Part shown: in pieces, positions 62,845 through 64,000 of the stretch | Layout of the letters: each line of letters begins with the position of its first letter | Position numbering within the stretch: the first letter of the stretch is position 1 | From: an uncultured delta proteobacterium | Lineage (GTDB): Bacteria > Desulfobacterota > Syntrophia > Syntrophales > Smithellaceae | NCBI GenBank assembly: GCA_963753975.1 | Contig: CAVWEH010000001.1 | Location: forward strand, 1 to 64,000 | DNA: 64,000 bases | Direction of reading: 5' to 3' | Made by a program: the position numbers and the translations under genes | Notes under the pieces: generated by a model | Databases searched by the model: none | Told to the model about the DNA's origin: nothing | The model's input: only the letters and a program-made list of their open reading frames with translations

Positions 62845-64000
62845 ATGGACGAAAGCCACGGTCCACATAAATGGTTAATTGCTCTGACAGTCATGACCGG
62901 TACTATCATGTCTGCGCTGGACATAAGCATCGTCAATGTAGCCCTGCCGCACATGCGCGGCACGCTGGGCGCCTCCGTGGAAGAAATTACCTGGGTTTCC
63001 ACCGGATATATTCTGGCCAATGTCATCATTATGCCGATAGTTGCTTTTTTAAGCTCACGTTTCGGCCGCAAGAATTTTTATATTTTTTCCGTATTGCTGT
63101 TTACCGTTTCATCCATGCTTTGCGGAATAGCATGGGACCTTACCTCCATGGTAATATTCCGGATAATGCAGGGCATCGGCGGCGGTACGCTGATACCGGT
63201 TTCGCAATCAGTACTGCGAGAAACATTTCCGCCTAAAGAACAGGCTATGGCTATGGGAATTTTCGGGGTGGGTGTAATGCTGGGGCCGGCAATCGGCCCG
63301 ACCCTTGGCGGATGGCTTACCGACAATTATTCCTGGCCGTGGATATTTTATATTAATGTTCCGATTGGTTTTATCAATATCCTGCTGATTATGAAGTTTA
63401 TAGAGGATCCGCACTATCTTGTCCGGCAAACCGGCAAGGTTGATGTTCTCGGCCTATCCCTCATGATGGTTGGCTTGGGAGCATTGCAGACGATGTTGGA
63501 GCAGGGAGAAATAAACGATTGGTTTTCTTCGGAATTTATTATTTATCTTTTTGTAGTCGCCGCATTGGGGCTGATATTATTTGTCTGGCGGGAATTGAAG
63601 GTGGAAAATCCGGCAGTAAATCTGCGCATTTTAAAAGATATCAATTTCAGTTCAGCGACGTTTCTGAATGGCCTTCTGGGCTTGGCGCTGATGAGCAGTC
63701 TTTTTATCCTGCCGTTATTCTTGCAGCAGCTTTTGGGCTATCCGGCTTTAGATTCGGGACTGGCGCTTATTCCCCGATCTGTAGCCATGCTCGTGATCAT
63801 GCCGCTTGCCGGGAGAATTTATAATCGAGTAGGCCCCCGGCTGATGATAGGGGCGGGATTGCTTCTAAATGCGGTTTCATTTTATCAACTTTCCATTCTT
63901 TCCCTGAGCATAGGTTTTTGGGACATATTATTACCCCAATTTTTACAAGGAGTCGGATTCGCATTAATTTTTGTTTCTTTAAGCACGGCAGCACTTTCCA
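62845..64000 (+). CDS. emrB: DHA2/EmrB-family MFS efflux permease (runs off the window)
   Basis: Open frame from ATG 62845: LDISIVNVALP, RFGRK, GPAIGPTLGGWL and WPWIFYINVPIG. Absent from the ORF track because there is no stop codon in the window. Confidence 0.92.
   Translation, partial: MDESHGPHKWLIALTVMTGTIMSALDISIVNVALPHMRGTLGASVEEITWVSTGYILANVIIMPIVAFLSSRFGRKNFYIFSVLLFTVSSMLCGIAWDLTSMVIFRIMQGIGGGTLIPVSQSVLRETFPPKEQAMAMGIFGVGVMLGPAIGPTLGGWLTDNYSWPWIFYINVPIGFINILLIMKFIEDPHYLVRQTGKVDVLGLSLMMVGLGALQTMLEQGEINDWFSSEFIIYLFVVAALGLILFVWRELKVENPAVNLRILKDINFSSATFLNGLLGLALMSSLFILPLFLQQLLGYPALDSGLALIPRSVAMLVIMPLAGRIYNRVGPRLMIGAGLLLNAVSFYQLSILSLSIGFWDILLPQFLQGVGFALIFVSLSTAALS

Overview
This window is chromosomal DNA, AT-richer than 50% overall. 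Its gene content (two long-chain acyl-CoA ligases, enoyl-CoA isomerase, a glycyl-radical enzyme, an N-ATPase, and the gltX and acpP-fabF-glyA-nrdR-rib-nusB block) suggests an anaerobic syntrophic fatty-acid degrader of the Smithella/Syntrophales type; the taxonomy is inferred. From left to right it holds: (1) a high-GC, frameshifted IS110/IS1111 element with a structured 3' non-coding end resembling a bridge/seek RNA, followed by a decayed phage-like gene; (2) hydrolases, a PilZ protein, a stand-alone TIR-domain gene and a papain-like protease; (3) a PAS hybrid kinase and an NtrC-type activator directly upstream of a clear sigma54 promoter with candidate enhancer sites, which appears to drive two RsbRD_N-like paralogues, a complete N-ATPase operon (atpDCQRBEFAG) and a Cys-rich CMP-kinase-like gene; (4) a TetR-controlled cluster of small uncharacterised proteins abutting an acyl-CoA dehydrogenase relic; (5) an integrase-less three-cassette integron array with mutually matching core sites; (6) an unassigned glycyl-radical enzyme operon with its activase and a split-barrel flavoprotein; (7) tRNA-Gln and tRNA-Glu, gltX, and a housekeeping block in which plsX-fabH-fabD-fabG is reduced to a fabD scar, ribD is absent and three 50-bp hairpin units lie between ribBA and ribH; (8) a YihY-cNMP fusion, a TPR glycosyltransferase and a MarR-EmrAB-like efflux operon. 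Several single-base frameshifts may be sequencing errors. All family assignments come from motif recognition by eye, not from database searches.
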